This document shows positions 29,602 to 39,099 of a stretch of 64,000 nt of DNA, in pieces. The notes beneath the pieces are model-generated. The model was not told the DNA's origin and did no database searches. It saw nothing but the letters and a program-made list of their open reading frames with translations. Position 1 is the stretch's first letter; each line of letters starts with the position of its first letter. Both the position numbers and the translations under genes were made by a program. The stretch is taken from positions 1,635 through 65,634 of the forward strand of contig JBBJOG010000012.1 of assembly GCA_037721775.1 (NCBI GenBank). The letters are read 5' to 3'. This DNA comes from Sphingomicrobium sp. Its GTDB lineage: Bacteria > Pseudomonadota > Alphaproteobacteria > Sphingomonadales > Sphingomonadaceae.

Positions 29602-30720
29602 ATGAGCAACACAATGGAGGCGCCTTCACAACGCTGGGACCAGCTGGCCGACTGGTTCGAAGCCAATGACCAGGCGTTGCTGATTGGCGGCCTTGTTGCC
29701 GCCGGGCTGGTCGCGGCGATGCTCGTGCTTCGCTCGATCGGTCACCGGATTCTCGCCGCCGACCCCGAATGCCGGACATGGAAAGCGGTCATTGCGCGGG
29801 TGCTGGCCAAGACTAGCCTCGCCTTCATGGTCATCGCCGCGCTCGACGCGGTGACGGCTTATGTCGAGCCGCCACGCCGCCTCGCGCGTCCGATCGATGT
29901 CCTGTTCATCATCGCCTTTGCTTTGCAGGGCGCGGTGTGGGCGCGCGAGCTGATCCTCGGCGTGATCGGCCGCCGGGTCGGCGATGATCCGAACGACACC
30001 ACGCTCGGCAATGCCCGCGCCGTCATCCGGGTGCTGGTCAGCGTGCTGCTGTTCGCGGTCGCCTTCATCGTCATCCTCGACAATCTCGGCGTCAACGTCA
30101 CCGCTTTGGTCGCCGGCCTAGGCATCGGCGGAATCGCCATCGGCCTGGCCGCGCAGGGCATTTTTTCCGATTTGTTCGCGGCGCTCGCGATCCTGTTCGA
30201 CAAGCCGTTCCGCCGCGGCGACGTAATCAGCTACGGGACCAGCATCGGCACGGTCGAGCGGATCGGGCTCAAGACCACGCGGATGCGGGCGCTGAGCGGC
30301 GAGCAATTGGTGATGGCCAACACCAAGCTGCTCGAACAGGAAATCCGCAACCTCGCCGACGGGCTGGTCCGCCGCACCACGCTCAACTTCGGCGTGGTCT
30401 ACCAGACCGGCCCCGACATGCTGAAGCGGATCCAGGAGATTACCCACGAGGCGGTCAACGCGCAGCGCGGCTGCGGCTTCGTGCGCTGCTCGATGACCGC
30501 GTTCGGCCCCTCCAGCCTCGACCATGAAGTGGTGTACGACACCGCCAGCGTCGACCCCAACGTCATCGCCGCGGACCGCTCGGCGATCATGATGCGGCTG
30601 ATCGAAGCCTTCGCCGCCGAGAAGGTCGAATTCGCTTACCCGACCCAGACCACATTCACCGCCGCGCCCGACGGCACCTACGTCATGCCCTACGCGCCGC
30701 CCAAGCCGGACCAGGGCTAG
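29602..30720 (+). CDS. MscS-family mechanosensitive channel
   Basis: LVAGLGIGGIAIGLAAQ, FDKPFRRGD, GTVERIGLKTT, FAYPTQT. Confidence 0.93.
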   Translation: MSNTMEAPSQRWDQLADWFEANDQALLIGGLVAAGLVAAMLVLRSIGHRILAADPECRTWKAVIARVLAKTSLAFMVIAALDAVTAYVEPPRRLARPIDVLFIIAFALQGAVWARELILGVIGRRVGDDPNDTTLGNARAVIRVLVSVLLFAVAFIVILDNLGVNVTALVAGLGIGGIAIGLAAQGIFSDLFAALAILFDKPFRRGDVISYGTSIGTVERIGLKTTRMRALSGEQLVMANTKLLEQEIRNLADGLVRRTTLNFGVVYQTGPDMLKRIQEITHEAVNAQRGCGFVRCSMTAFGPSSLDHEVVYDTASVDPNVIAADRSAIMMRLIEAFAAEKVEFAYPTQTTFTAAPDGTYVMPYAPPKPDQG

Positions 30721-30725
30721 CGCGC

Positions 30726-31181
30726 ATGCCGATTGTCCCGCTCGACGAGATCCGTGCCCGAGTCGGCGAGGAGATCGGGACGTCGGACTGGATCATTGTC
30801 GACCAGGCGCGGATCGAGGCGTTCGCCGACGCCACCGAGGATCGCCAGTTCATCCACGTTGACCCGGTTATGGCGGCGCAAACCCCGTTTGGTGGGACCA
30901 TCGCTCACGGTTTCCTGTCGCTGTCGCTGCTGTCGCGGATGGCGGCGGAGGCGATGCTGGTCCCCGACAGCGTCACGATGGCGGTCAATTACGGCTTTGA
31001 GCGCGTGCGCTTCCTGGCGCCGGTGCGATCGGGAAAGCGCATCCGCGGCCGCTTCACGCTCCAAAGCGTCGAGCAGAAAGCGCCGGGACAGATTCTCCTG
31101 CGCCACCTCGTCACCGTCGACATAGACGATGAAGACAAGCCGGCGCTTTCCGCCCAATGGCTCACCTTGTTGTTCGCTTAA
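30726..31181 (+). CDS. MaoC-family dehydratase
   Basis: FADATEDRQFIHVDP, TIAHGFLSLSLL, VNYGFERVRF. Confidence 0.92.
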   Translation: MPIVPLDEIRARVGEEIGTSDWIIVDQARIEAFADATEDRQFIHVDPVMAAQTPFGGTIAHGFLSLSLLSRMAAEAMLVPDSVTMAVNYGFERVRFLAPVRSGKRIRGRFTLQSVEQKAPGQILLRHLVTVDIDDEDKPALSAQWLTLLFA

Positions 31182-31191
31182 GGAGACTTGA

Positions 31192-32370
31192 ATGCCCCGC
31201 GACGCAGTGATCGTTTCGACCGCCCGCACCCCGATTGGACGGGCCTATCGCGGCGCGTTCAACGCCACTCCGTCGCCGACCCTCGCCGCTTATCCGATTC
31301 GAGCCGCCATCGAGCGCGCCAAGCTCGACCCGGCCGAGGTCGACGACGTGATCATGGGCGCCGCGCTTCAACAAGGCGTGCAGACCACCATCGGCCGCAC
31401 CGCCGCGTTGCGCGCAGGGCTTCCGGTCAGCGTCGCGGGCATGTCGATCGACCGCCAGTGCGCATCGGGGCTGATGGCGATCGCCACCGCCGCCAAGCAG
31501 GTGATCGTCGACCGGATGGACGTGATCGTCGCCGGCGGAGTCGAATCCATCAGCCTCGTGCAGACCGGCGAGCTTCGGGTCGGCCCCGACCCCGAGCTGC
31601 TGTCGATGCACAACGGCGTCTACATGCCGATGATCGACACCGCCGAAGTCGTCGGCAACCGCTACTCCATCTCGCGCGAGCGTTGCGACGACTATGCGCT
31701 CCGCTCGCAGCAGCGCACCGCCGCTGCCCAAACCGAGGGCCGCTTCGCCGACGAAATCATAGCCGTTACCGCGACGATGGGCGTCAAGGACAAGGAAACC
31801 GGCGCGGTGTCGATGCGCGAAGTCACCCTCGACAAGGACGAGGGCAACCGGCCGGAGACGACGCTGGAGGGCCTGGCCAAGCTGGAGCCGGTGCGCGGGC
31901 CGGACAAACTGATCACCGCCGGCAATGCCAGCCAGCTCAGCGACGGCGCGTCGGCCTGCGTGGTGATGGAAGCCGCGCTTGCCGAGCAGCGCGGGCTCGA
32001 TCCGCTCGGCCGCTACGTCGGCATGGCGGTTGCCGGCACCGAGCCCGAGGAAATGGGCATCGGGCCGGTGTTCGCCGTGCCTAAATTGCTCGAGCGCTTC
32101 GGCCTGAGCGTCGACGACATCGGCCTGTGGGAGCTCAACGAAGCGTTCGCGGTGCAGGTGCTCTACTGCCAGGACAAGCTCGGCATCCCCGACGACAAGC
32201 TCAACGTCGACGGCGGCGCGATCTCGATCGGCCACCCATACGGAATGTCCGGGGCCCGGCTGGTCGGCCACGCGCTGATCGAAGCCAAGCGCCGCGGCGA
32301 GCGCTACGTCGTCGTCACCATGTGCGTCGGCGGCGGAATGGGCGCGGCCGGCCTGTTCGAGGTGCTCTAG
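31192..32370 (+). CDS. Acetyl-CoA C-acyltransferase (thiolase)
   Basis: [31 protein letters not shown]. Confidence 0.95.
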   Translation: MPRDAVIVSTARTPIGRAYRGAFNATPSPTLAAYPIRAAIERAKLDPAEVDDVIMGAALQQGVQTTIGRTAALRAGLPVSVAGMSIDRQCASGLMAIATAAKQVIVDRMDVIVAGGVESISLVQTGELRVGPDPELLSMHNGVYMPMIDTAEVVGNRYSISRERCDDYALRSQQRTAAAQTEGRFADEIIAVTATMGVKDKETGAVSMREVTLDKDEGNRPETTLEGLAKLEPVRGPDKLITAGNASQLSDGASACVVMEAALAEQRGLDPLGRYVGMAVAGTEPEEMGIGPVFAVPKLLERFGLSVDDIGLWELNEAFAVQVLYCQDKLGIPDDKLNVDGGAISIGHPYGMSGARLVGHALIEAKRRGERYVVVTMCVGGGMGAAGLFEVL

Positions 32371-32639
32371 GCGCCGAAGCCATAGCCATGCAGAGCGATC
32401 AGCTCCCCGTCCCGCTCGCCGACCAGGTCGCGCAGCGCAGCGCCATAAAATCCCAGGTCGGTGCCGCTTATCGCCGCTAGCTGCGGGCCAGGGAGGTTGA
32501 GGCCGCGGCCGGTGTATGATCGGGGCAGAGCGCGAACGAGCAGCTCGAGACGCTCACCGCTCGTGCCCAGGTTCAGCCGCACGCAGCCGCCCACGAGCGA
32601 GCGTTTGTCGAGGACAGGTTGGCCGGCGATGTCGAACAT
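32367..32639 (-). CDS. Hypothetical protein (90 aa)
   Basis: Fills gap, divergent from DUF4126; no recognised motif. Confidence 0.45.
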   Translation of the reverse strand: MFDIAGQPVLDKRSLVGGCVRLNLGTSGERLELLVRALPRSYTGRGLNLPGPQLAAISGTDLGFYGAALRDLVGERDGELIALHGYGFGA

Positions 32640-32707
32640 CGGCTGAGTTTACCGAGGACGACACCTTTTGGCGAGACATTGCATGGCGTTTGGCTAAGCT
32701 TGCAGCG

Positions 32708-33307
32708 ATGGACGCCGTCGAACTCATCGCCCTCGCCTCCTCGGTCAGCTTGCTTGCCGGCTGGCGCTTGTATCTGGTCACTTTCGCGACGGGGCTGGCA
32801 ATGAAGTGGGGCTGGATCGACCTGCCGGATCAGCTTCAGGCGCTCGACGTCATCGCCAACAATTGGGTGATCGGCATCGCCGGGGCCGGTGCGCTCGCCG
32901 AATTCTTCGCCGACAAGATCGCCTGGGTCGACAGCGCTTGGGACGCCGTCCACGGCTTCATCCGTCCGCTCGGCGGGGCGCTGCTGTCGCTGGCGGTGAT
33001 CGATGCCGGCGACCCGACGTGGCAGGTGGCGAGCTTCCTGCTCGGCGGCGGAGCGGCCTTTCTCGCCCATGCCGGCAAGGCCGGGGCGCGGACGATAGTC
33101 AACGCCAGCCCCGAGCCCTTTTCCAACGTCGTCGTGTCGAGCGCCGAGGATGTCGCCACCGGCGGCCTGTTCGCGCTGGCCGTCGCCTACCCGATCGCCG
33201 CAGCGCTGATCGCCGCGACGCTGGTCGGCCTGTCGTTGTGGCTGGTGTTCAAGGCGCGGCGCTTCCTAAAGCGGTTGCTTCCGCCGCCGCGGCCAAAAGC
33301 GAATTGA
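32708..33307 (+). CDS. DUF4126 membrane protein
   Basis: AGWRLY, EFFADKIAWVDSAWD, SPEPFSNVVVSSAED; ATG 32708. Confidence 0.88.
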   Translation: MDAVELIALASSVSLLAGWRLYLVTFATGLAMKWGWIDLPDQLQALDVIANNWVIGIAGAGALAEFFADKIAWVDSAWDAVHGFIRPLGGALLSLAVIDAGDPTWQVASFLLGGGAAFLAHAGKAGARTIVNASPEPFSNVVVSSAEDVATGGLFALAVAYPIAAALIAATLVGLSLWLVFKARRFLKRLLPPPRPKAN

Positions 33308-33354
33308 ACCGCACGCGCCGGCGGGTTCTCGAAAACAGAAAAAGGGAGAGGCGA

Positions 33355-33612
33355 ATGCCGGTTTCAGAAAAGCCGTTGGTCGAACGGGTTGCGCGGGTGC
33401 TTGCCGGCGCGGCGCACAGCAGCAACGCCGAAGGCAGCGACCCGTCGGCCGGGGACAAGGTGGACCTGGTCTGGCGCGAGCATGTCAACCAGGCGCTAGC
33501 GGTGCTCCACACCATGCGTGAGCCGGACGAGGAGATGGCGAGCGCCGGCGATGCCGAAAGCTGGTCGACGATGGTGGAAACGGCGATCTCCAGCTGGGAG
33601 CGGCGCGACTGA
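33355..33612 (+). CDS. Hypothetical protein (85 aa)
   Basis: SD GGGAGAG before ATG 33355; followed by hairpin. Confidence 0.7.
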   Translation: MPVSEKPLVERVARVLAGAAHSSNAEGSDPSAGDKVDLVWREHVNQALAVLHTMREPDEEMASAGDAESWSTMVETAISSWERRD

Positions 33613-33626
33613 CCGCACAAGAATGC

Positions 33627-33659
33627 GAAAGGCCGCCCGGTCGCTCGGACGGCCTTTCC
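33627..33659. terminator. Bidirectional hairpin terminator
   Basis: GAAAGGCCG...CGGCCTTTC. Confidence 0.7.
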
Positions 33660-33783
33660 ATTGTCGAGCCTGAAGCGGCCTGACGTCATTAAGCGCAAAC
33701 TCCAACGGAGGCTGCGCTCACCAGACGGACCGCGAACGGCAATTGACAATGAGACATCAGACCACCTCCTTTCAGCTGTTGAA
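33627..33783 (-). ncRNA. Candidate structured RNA / micro-ORF element copy A (ORF 33689-33757, MSHCQLPFAVRLVSAASVGVCA)
   Basis: TTCAACAGCTGAAAGGAGGTGGTCTG-ATGTCTCAT; AGCGCA...TGCGCT hairpin; terminator; paralog at 37781-37940. Confidence 0.55.
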
Positions 33784-33901
33784 CAGTGGAGCGAAGGTCC
33801 GGCGAAGCCCTGGCTGAGCATGTCGGCCGCAGCCTCGATGGCTGCATCGAGCTGGAGGTAAAACGGCCGCTTGAGCGAATCTACGCCCGTTGGCGCCGGG
33901 A

Positions 33902-35155
33902 TTAAGCTGGCTTTCGGGGCGGCGCGCCGTCGTTGGCGGTGATCCAGGCATCGACCACCGGCGCGATCTTCTCGCGCCACTTGCGGCCGTTGAAGATGCC
34001 GTAATGGCCGACGTCCTTGGCCATGAAATAGCTTTTCTTGCGCGGCGGCAATTTGGGCGCGAGGCCGAGCGCCGCCTTGGTCTGGCCAAGCCCGGAAATA
34101 TCGTCGCGCTCGCCCTCGATCGCCAGCAGCGCGGTGTCGCGGATCGCGCCCGGATCGACCTTGCGGCCGCGGTGGCTGAGCTTGCCCTTGGGCAGCAGGT
34201 GCCGCTTGAACACCGCATCGACGGTCTGCAAATAGAATTCGGCGGTCATGTCGGCGACCGAGCGATATTCGTCGTAAAAGCTTTTGGTCGAATCCGCGCT
34301 TTCCTCGTCGCCTTCGACCAGATGTCTGAACATCTCCCAGTGGCTGACCAGATGGCCGCCGAGGTTCATGGTCATGAATCCGGCAAGCTGCAGGAAGCCC
34401 GGGTAAACCTTGCGGCCGCTGCCCGGGTAATAAGCGGGCACGGTGGCGACGACATTATTCTCGAACCAGCCGAGCGGGCGTTCGGTAGCCAGCGTGTTGA
34501 CGGCGGTCGGCGCTTGGCGCGTATCGACCGGGCCGCCCATCATCGTCAGCGACTTGGGCCGCCACTTGTTTTGATCGGCGTTCATTAGCGCGGTCGCGGC
34601 CAGCGCCGGGACCGACGGCTGGCACACCGCCAGCAGATGCGGCCGCTCGCCGGTCTCCTCGCCGATCAGCTCCATGAACTCGATCAGATAATCGATGTAA
34701 TCGTCGAGATCGAAGCTGCCCTCACTGGTCGGCACCAGCTTGGCGTCGCGCCAGTCGGTGATGTAGACTTCGTGGCGCGGCAGCATCCGCTCGACGGTGC
34801 CGCGCAGGAGGGTCGCGAAGTGGCCCGACATCGGCGCGACGATCAGCAGCCGTGGCCCCTTGTCGACGCCTTCACGAACGAAGCGCTTCAACTGCCCGAA
34901 CGGCTTGCGAAGGACGATTTCCTCGCGGACCGCGACTGACTTCCCCGCCACTTTTGTCGAGGCAATGCCGAATTCCGGCTTGCCGCGCGGCGACGCTGCA
35001 TGTGCGAAGACGTTGAGGCTGGCGGCGATCAGCGGGCTCGACGAAGCATAAGCAAAGGGATTGGTCGGATTGTTGAGCCACCCGGCGCTAAAGCCCGCGA
35101 GCTTGCTCGCCCCGGCCAGGAATGAGCGTTGGACTTCATAGGCGTCGTAGAGCAT
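33902..35155 (-). CDS. phaZ: Intracellular polyhydroxyalkanoate depolymerase
   Basis: VAPMSGHFATLLR, YITDW, LAVCQP, EGERDDISG, VGHYGIFNG; start ATG 35155. Confidence 0.93.
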   Translation of the reverse strand: MLYDAYEVQRSFLAGASKLAGFSAGWLNNPTNPFAYASSSPLIAASLNVFAHAASPRGKPEFGIASTKVAGKSVAVREEIVLRKPFGQLKRFVREGVDKGPRLLIVAPMSGHFATLLRGTVERMLPRHEVYITDWRDAKLVPTSEGSFDLDDYIDYLIEFMELIGEETGERPHLLAVCQPSVPALAATALMNADQNKWRPKSLTMMGGPVDTRQAPTAVNTLATERPLGWFENNVVATVPAYYPGSGRKVYPGFLQLAGFMTMNLGGHLVSHWEMFRHLVEGDEESADSTKSFYDEYRSVADMTAEFYLQTVDAVFKRHLLPKGKLSHRGRKVDPGAIRDTALLAIEGERDDISGLGQTKAALGLAPKLPPRKKSYFMAKDVGHYGIFNGRKWREKIAPVVDAWITANDGAPPRKPA

Positions 35156-35294
35156 TCGACCTCGCTTCGTGGCTGTCAGTCGCTGTTCAAAACGGTTTGG
35201 GCGCCATTTGGTCCCCGCGCAAGGCTGATGCTGCACTGCAACAGGTGGCTTCCGGCGAATTGAGCGCAAGCTGCGGCGCTGCTAGGGCCGGGCC

Positions 35295-37073
35295 ATGGCG
35301 GGGATCCCGGACAAGGCGCGATCGAGCATCGGCAACCTCAAGCTCGTCTGGCGGGCGGCGGCAAGATATCCACAGCAAATCGCAGCCGCTTTGTTTTTCC
35401 TGTGCCTGTCGTCGGCGGCGACCCTGGCCATACCCTACGGCTTCAAGCGGGTGATCGACCGCGGCTTCGGCCAGGCCGGCGCCAGCGAAGCGGCCGTCGG
35501 CCACGCGTTCCAATATTTGCTAATGATCGTCGTCGTGCTGGCAGCCGCCACCGCGATGCGATTTTACTTCGTCTCGTGGCTGGGCGAGCGGACGGTTGCC
35601 GACCTTCGGGTTGCCGCGCAGAAAAATCTTCTCACTTTGCCGCCGCGCTTCTTCGAGGAGAACCGGCCGTCGGAAATCGCCTCGCGGCTGACCGCCGACA
35701 CCGCTATCCTCGAGCAAGTGATCGGGTCGAGCGTGTCGATCGCGCTTCGCAATCTCGCCACCGGCATCGGCGGGATCATTTACCTGTTCGCTTTGTCGCC
35801 CAAGCTCGCCGCGATGCTGGTCGTCGGAATCCCGTTCGTGTTCGGGCCGATCATCCTGTTCGGGCGGCGCATCAGAACGCTCAGCCGCTCGTCGCAGGAC
35901 CGAATCGCCGACGTCGGTTCGGCGGTGTCGGAGACGCTGGGCGCGATGAAGGTGGTGCAGGCGTTCGGGCAGGAGAGCCGCGAGCTCGGCCGCTTCGGCG
36001 CCGCGGTCGAGCGCGCCTTCGCCGTTGCCCGCCGCCGCTTCACCTTGCGCGCGGTCATGACCTTCATCGTCATCGCGTTGATCTTCAGCGCCATCGTCCT
36101 GATCCTGTGGGAAGGCGCCATCGACGTCGCGGCGGGGCGGATGACCGGCGGCGCGATCGCCGCTTTCGTCTTCACCGGGGTATTGGTCGGCGGAGCGTTC
36201 GGCGCGCTGACCGAAGTCTATGGCGATTTGCTGCGCGGCTCCGGCGCCGCCGGGCGGCTGTATGAGCTGATGGTTGCGCGTCCCGAGATCAAGGCGCCGG
36301 AAACCCCCGTCGCGCTGCCTTTGCCGGCGCGCGGCGCGCTGGCGTTCGAAGGCGTGACTTTCCTCTATCCGACGCGGCCCGACGAAATGGCGCTGCACGA
36401 ATTGTCGCTGACGATCGCGCCGGGCGAGACGGTCGCGGTGGTCGGCCCGTCGGGCGCCGGCAAGTCGACCCTGTTCCAGCTGGCGCTTCGCTTCTACGAC
36501 CCGCAGGAAGGCCGGGTGACTCTGGACGGCATTGACCTTCGCGACGCCGACCCCGCCGAGGTCCGCGAGCGAATCGCGGTCGTGCCGCAGGAAACGGTGA
36601 TCTTTGCCGCTTCGGCGCGCGACAATATCCGCTACGGGCGCTGGCAGGCGAGCGACGAGGAAATAGCCGACGCCGCACGGGCCGCCAACGCGCACAAGTT
36701 TTTGAGCCAGATGCCCGACGGCTACGACAGCTTCCTGGGCGAAGGCGGAGCCCGCCTGTCGGGCGGCCAGCGCCAGCGGATCGTCATCGCCCGGGCGCTG
36801 CTTCGCGACGCGCCGCTTTTATTGCTCGACGAGGCGACGTCGGCGCTCGACGCGCACAGCGAAAAACTGGTGCAGGAAGCGCTTGAGCGGCTGATCAAGA
36901 CGCGAACGACGATCGTCATCGCCCACCGGCTGGCAACCACCCGCGCGGCCGACCGGATCATCGTCATCGATAATGGGCGGATCGTCGAGCAAGGGACCCA
37001 CAAGTCCCTCAACGCCGCGGACGGGCTATACGCGAGCCTGGCGCGGCTTCAGTTCGCCGGCCAGGCTGCGTAA
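35295..37073 (+). CDS. ABC exporter, fused TMD-NBD (MsbA-like)
   Basis: 6-TM domain, GPSGAGKST, LSGGQRQR, LLLDEATSALD. Confidence 0.93.
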   Translation: MAGIPDKARSSIGNLKLVWRAAARYPQQIAAALFFLCLSSAATLAIPYGFKRVIDRGFGQAGASEAAVGHAFQYLLMIVVVLAAATAMRFYFVSWLGERTVADLRVAAQKNLLTLPPRFFEENRPSEIASRLTADTAILEQVIGSSVSIALRNLATGIGGIIYLFALSPKLAAMLVVGIPFVFGPIILFGRRIRTLSRSSQDRIADVGSAVSETLGAMKVVQAFGQESRELGRFGAAVERAFAVARRRFTLRAVMTFIVIALIFSAIVLILWEGAIDVAAGRMTGGAIAAFVFTGVLVGGAFGALTEVYGDLLRGSGAAGRLYELMVARPEIKAPETPVALPLPARGALAFEGVTFLYPTRPDEMALHELSLTIAPGETVAVVGPSGAGKSTLFQLALRFYDPQEGRVTLDGIDLRDADPAEVRERIAVVPQETVIFAASARDNIRYGRWQASDEEIADAARAANAHKFLSQMPDGYDSFLGEGGARLSGGQRQRIVIARALLRDAPLLLLDEATSALDAHSEKLVQEALERLIKTRTTIVIAHRLATTRAADRIIVIDNGRIVEQGTHKSLNAADGLYASLARLQFAGQAA

Positions 37074-37079
37074 AAAGGC

Positions 37080-37652
37080 TTAGCTCGGGATTGCGCCCGA
37101 GCCGCCGGAATCGCTCGAGCCGCCGCTGCGCGGGCGCGATGCCGTCGAGCGGCTGCGGGTCGATTTGCGAGCGGTGGTCTTGCGCTTGGTGGCGGTTTTC
37201 GCCGCGCCGCCGGTCTTGGCTGCGCTCGAACGCGATGTGGTGCTCTTGGCGCGGGCCGGCTTGGCCTTTGCGGTCGAGCGAGACGCTGTCGAGCGCGGCT
37301 TGGTTGCGCTGCTTCGCGATCCGCTGCTGGAGCTGTCGTCGTCCGACCATTTGCCGGACATCACGCGCTGCGCCGCATCGGCGACCGCTTCGGCGATCAG
37401 CGATCCCAGGCGCGTCGCGCTCGACATCATGCTGTTGGCCGCCGAGCTGGCGCTATCGGCAGCGTCCATTCCGGCGTCGCGGATTTTCTTGCGCGCGGAC
37501 GGGCTGGCGCTGATCGCCGCAGCCGCTGCCGCGAGGCCCGCTGCGAGCATTTCCTTGCTCATCGCCGCCTTGGCGATCTTGTCGACGGTGCTGTCGTTCG
37601 ATTTTGACTTCGATGCAGACTTCGATTTTGTTTTTCGACTGGATTTTGCCAT
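37080..37652 (-). CDS. Low-complexity basic (histone H1-like) protein
   Basis: K/S/R/T/A-rich termini, Ala-rich helical core; SD AGGGAGG before ATG 37652. Confidence 0.8.
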   Translation of the reverse strand: MAKSSRKTKSKSASKSKSNDSTVDKIAKAAMSKEMLAAGLAAAAAAISASPSARKKIRDAGMDAADSASSAANSMMSSATRLGSLIAEAVADAAQRVMSGKWSDDDSSSSGSRSSATKPRSTASRSTAKAKPARAKSTTSRSSAAKTGGAAKTATKRKTTARKSTRSRSTASRPRSGGSSDSGGSGAIPS

Positions 37653-37780
37653 GGCAAACCTCCCTGTTTCGGTCGCACCCATTAGACACACGAGCGCGGC
37701 AACAGTTCCGTTGCGGGCACGAAAAGGCCGCGGATTTGCGTCAGTTCGCCGGCTTGAAATTCAGTTGCGGGACAAGTCAA

Positions 37781-37809
37781 AGGGGATCGTCGCTTGGCGA
37801 CGATCCCCT
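37781..37809. terminator. Perfect 13-bp hairpin
   Basis: AGGGGATCGTCGC-TTG-GCGACGATCCCCT. Confidence 0.75.
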
Positions 37810-37940
37810 CGAACATGGTCAGCGGCCGGAAGGTGACCAGCCGTTCCGAAAAAGCGCTAGGCGCTCACCTCCCGAACGACATCCCCCGACCTCTGTGCTG
37901 AACCATGAGACATCGGATCACCTCCTTTCGCTGTGTTGAA
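37781..37940 (-). ncRNA. Candidate structured RNA / micro-ORF element copy B (ORF 37857-37913, MSHGSAQRSGDVVREVSA)
   Basis: TTCAACACAGCGAAAGGAGGTGATCCG-ATGTCTCAT; AGCGC-CTA-GCGCT hairpin; terminator. Confidence 0.55.
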
Positions 37941-38056
37941 GCTGGGGACGATCATGAATCGGGAACGGGTTTAGAACAAGACTTGTAATGCAAAAATCTT
38001 TGGGTAATTCTCGTTGACTTCGCGCGGCCGGCAAGCTTGCTACGGCGCCGGCCTTT

Positions 38057-38530
38057 TCAGCTCCTGCAATCCTCGATCACGCGGCTGGTTTCCGGCCAGG
38101 CGGGAACCGCGAGCAGCGGCGCGCCCACCGCCGATGTCGCGAACTTGCCGCGGCTCAGCGAGATTGCGTCTAGCAGCGGGTCAGTGATGGCGAGGTCGGC
38201 GGTCAGCACCCTCGTAACCTCGAACCGCGCGGGCACGCTGCGCGACAGCGAGCTGGTCCACACCGCCAACGTCGGGGTCGCCGCGGCAACGCCGGTGCGC
38301 ATGATCGAAACGGTGCGCGCGACGCGGTTGCAGCGGATCGAAAGCCGGGTGCCGCCGGCGTCGGCGAACGCCGCCTCGCTGCCGCCGGCATAGGACCGGT
38401 ACGACCAGTTGCCCGCCACTGCGGTCACGCTGTCGACGCTGAAGGCGGGAGCGGGCGCAATTTGCGCCGCCGACGCAATCGGGCAGCACAGCGCGGCAAG
38501 CGTCGCCAGGGCAATTGGAAAGCTGTTCAT
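38057..38530 (-). CDS. Exported hypothetical protein
   Basis: Signal peptide; overlaps phaR stop (coupled). Confidence 0.75.
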   Translation of the reverse strand: MNSFPIALATLAALCCPIASAAQIAPAPAFSVDSVTAVAGNWSYRSYAGGSEAAFADAGGTRLSIRCNRVARTVSIMRTGVAAATPTLAVWTSSLSRSVPARFEVTRVLTADLAITDPLLDAISLSRGKFATSAVGAPLLAVPAWPETSRVIEDCRS

Positions 38531-39051
38531 TTGTTTAAGCGATCAACCTTTGCCTGGAGCGCGGCAAGCTCCGCGCGCAATTGCTCGACCTCGTCCGGCG
38601 CCGGTGCTTCCGCCGGCCCCTTCGTCGCGCCAGGCGTAAACCCCCGGCTCGCATCCTCGAACGCCGCCATGTTGCGCTTGGCGATGTCGGCGAACGCATT
38701 GCCGCCGAACGCATCGCCGATCGCCTGCTGGTTGCGCTTGAACGCGTCCATCGCCGCCTCCAGATATTGCGGCACGACGCCCTGCATCGAATTGCCGTAC
38801 AGCCCGATCAGCTGCTTGAGGAAATTGACCGGCAGCATGGTCGATCCGCGCGCTTCCTCGTCGACGATGATCTGGGTCAGCACGTGGCGGGTGATGTCTT
38901 CGCCGCTCTTGGCGTCGACGACTTCGAACTCGCGCCCCTCGCGGACCAGCTCGGCAAGCCGGTCGAGGGTGATGTAAGAAGAGCTTTCGGTGTCATAAAG
39001 CCGCCGGTTGGCGTATTTCTTGATCGTCACCTTGCCCGAGGTTTTGGCCAT
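38527..39051 (-). CDS. phaR: PHA synthesis repressor PhaR
   Basis: IKKYANRRLYDTESSSYITL, GEDITRHVLTQII. Confidence 0.95.
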   Translation of the reverse strand: MAKTSGKVTIKKYANRRLYDTESSSYITLDRLAELVREGREFEVVDAKSGEDITRHVLTQIIVDEEARGSTMLPVNFLKQLIGLYGNSMQGVVPQYLEAAMDAFKRNQQAIGDAFGGNAFADIAKRNMAAFEDASRGFTPGATKGPAEAPAPDEVEQLRAELAALQAKVDRLNK

Positions 39052-39099
39052 GTTAGCTCCAGCGCCGTGAAGCGTAGCCTACCACCGGCCGATAGTGCG

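Noticed and set aside
37915-37929. GGATCACCTCCTTTC looks like the 16S rRNA 3' end
   Set aside because: Only 15 nt with no flanking rRNA sequence; better read as an SD on the minus strand.
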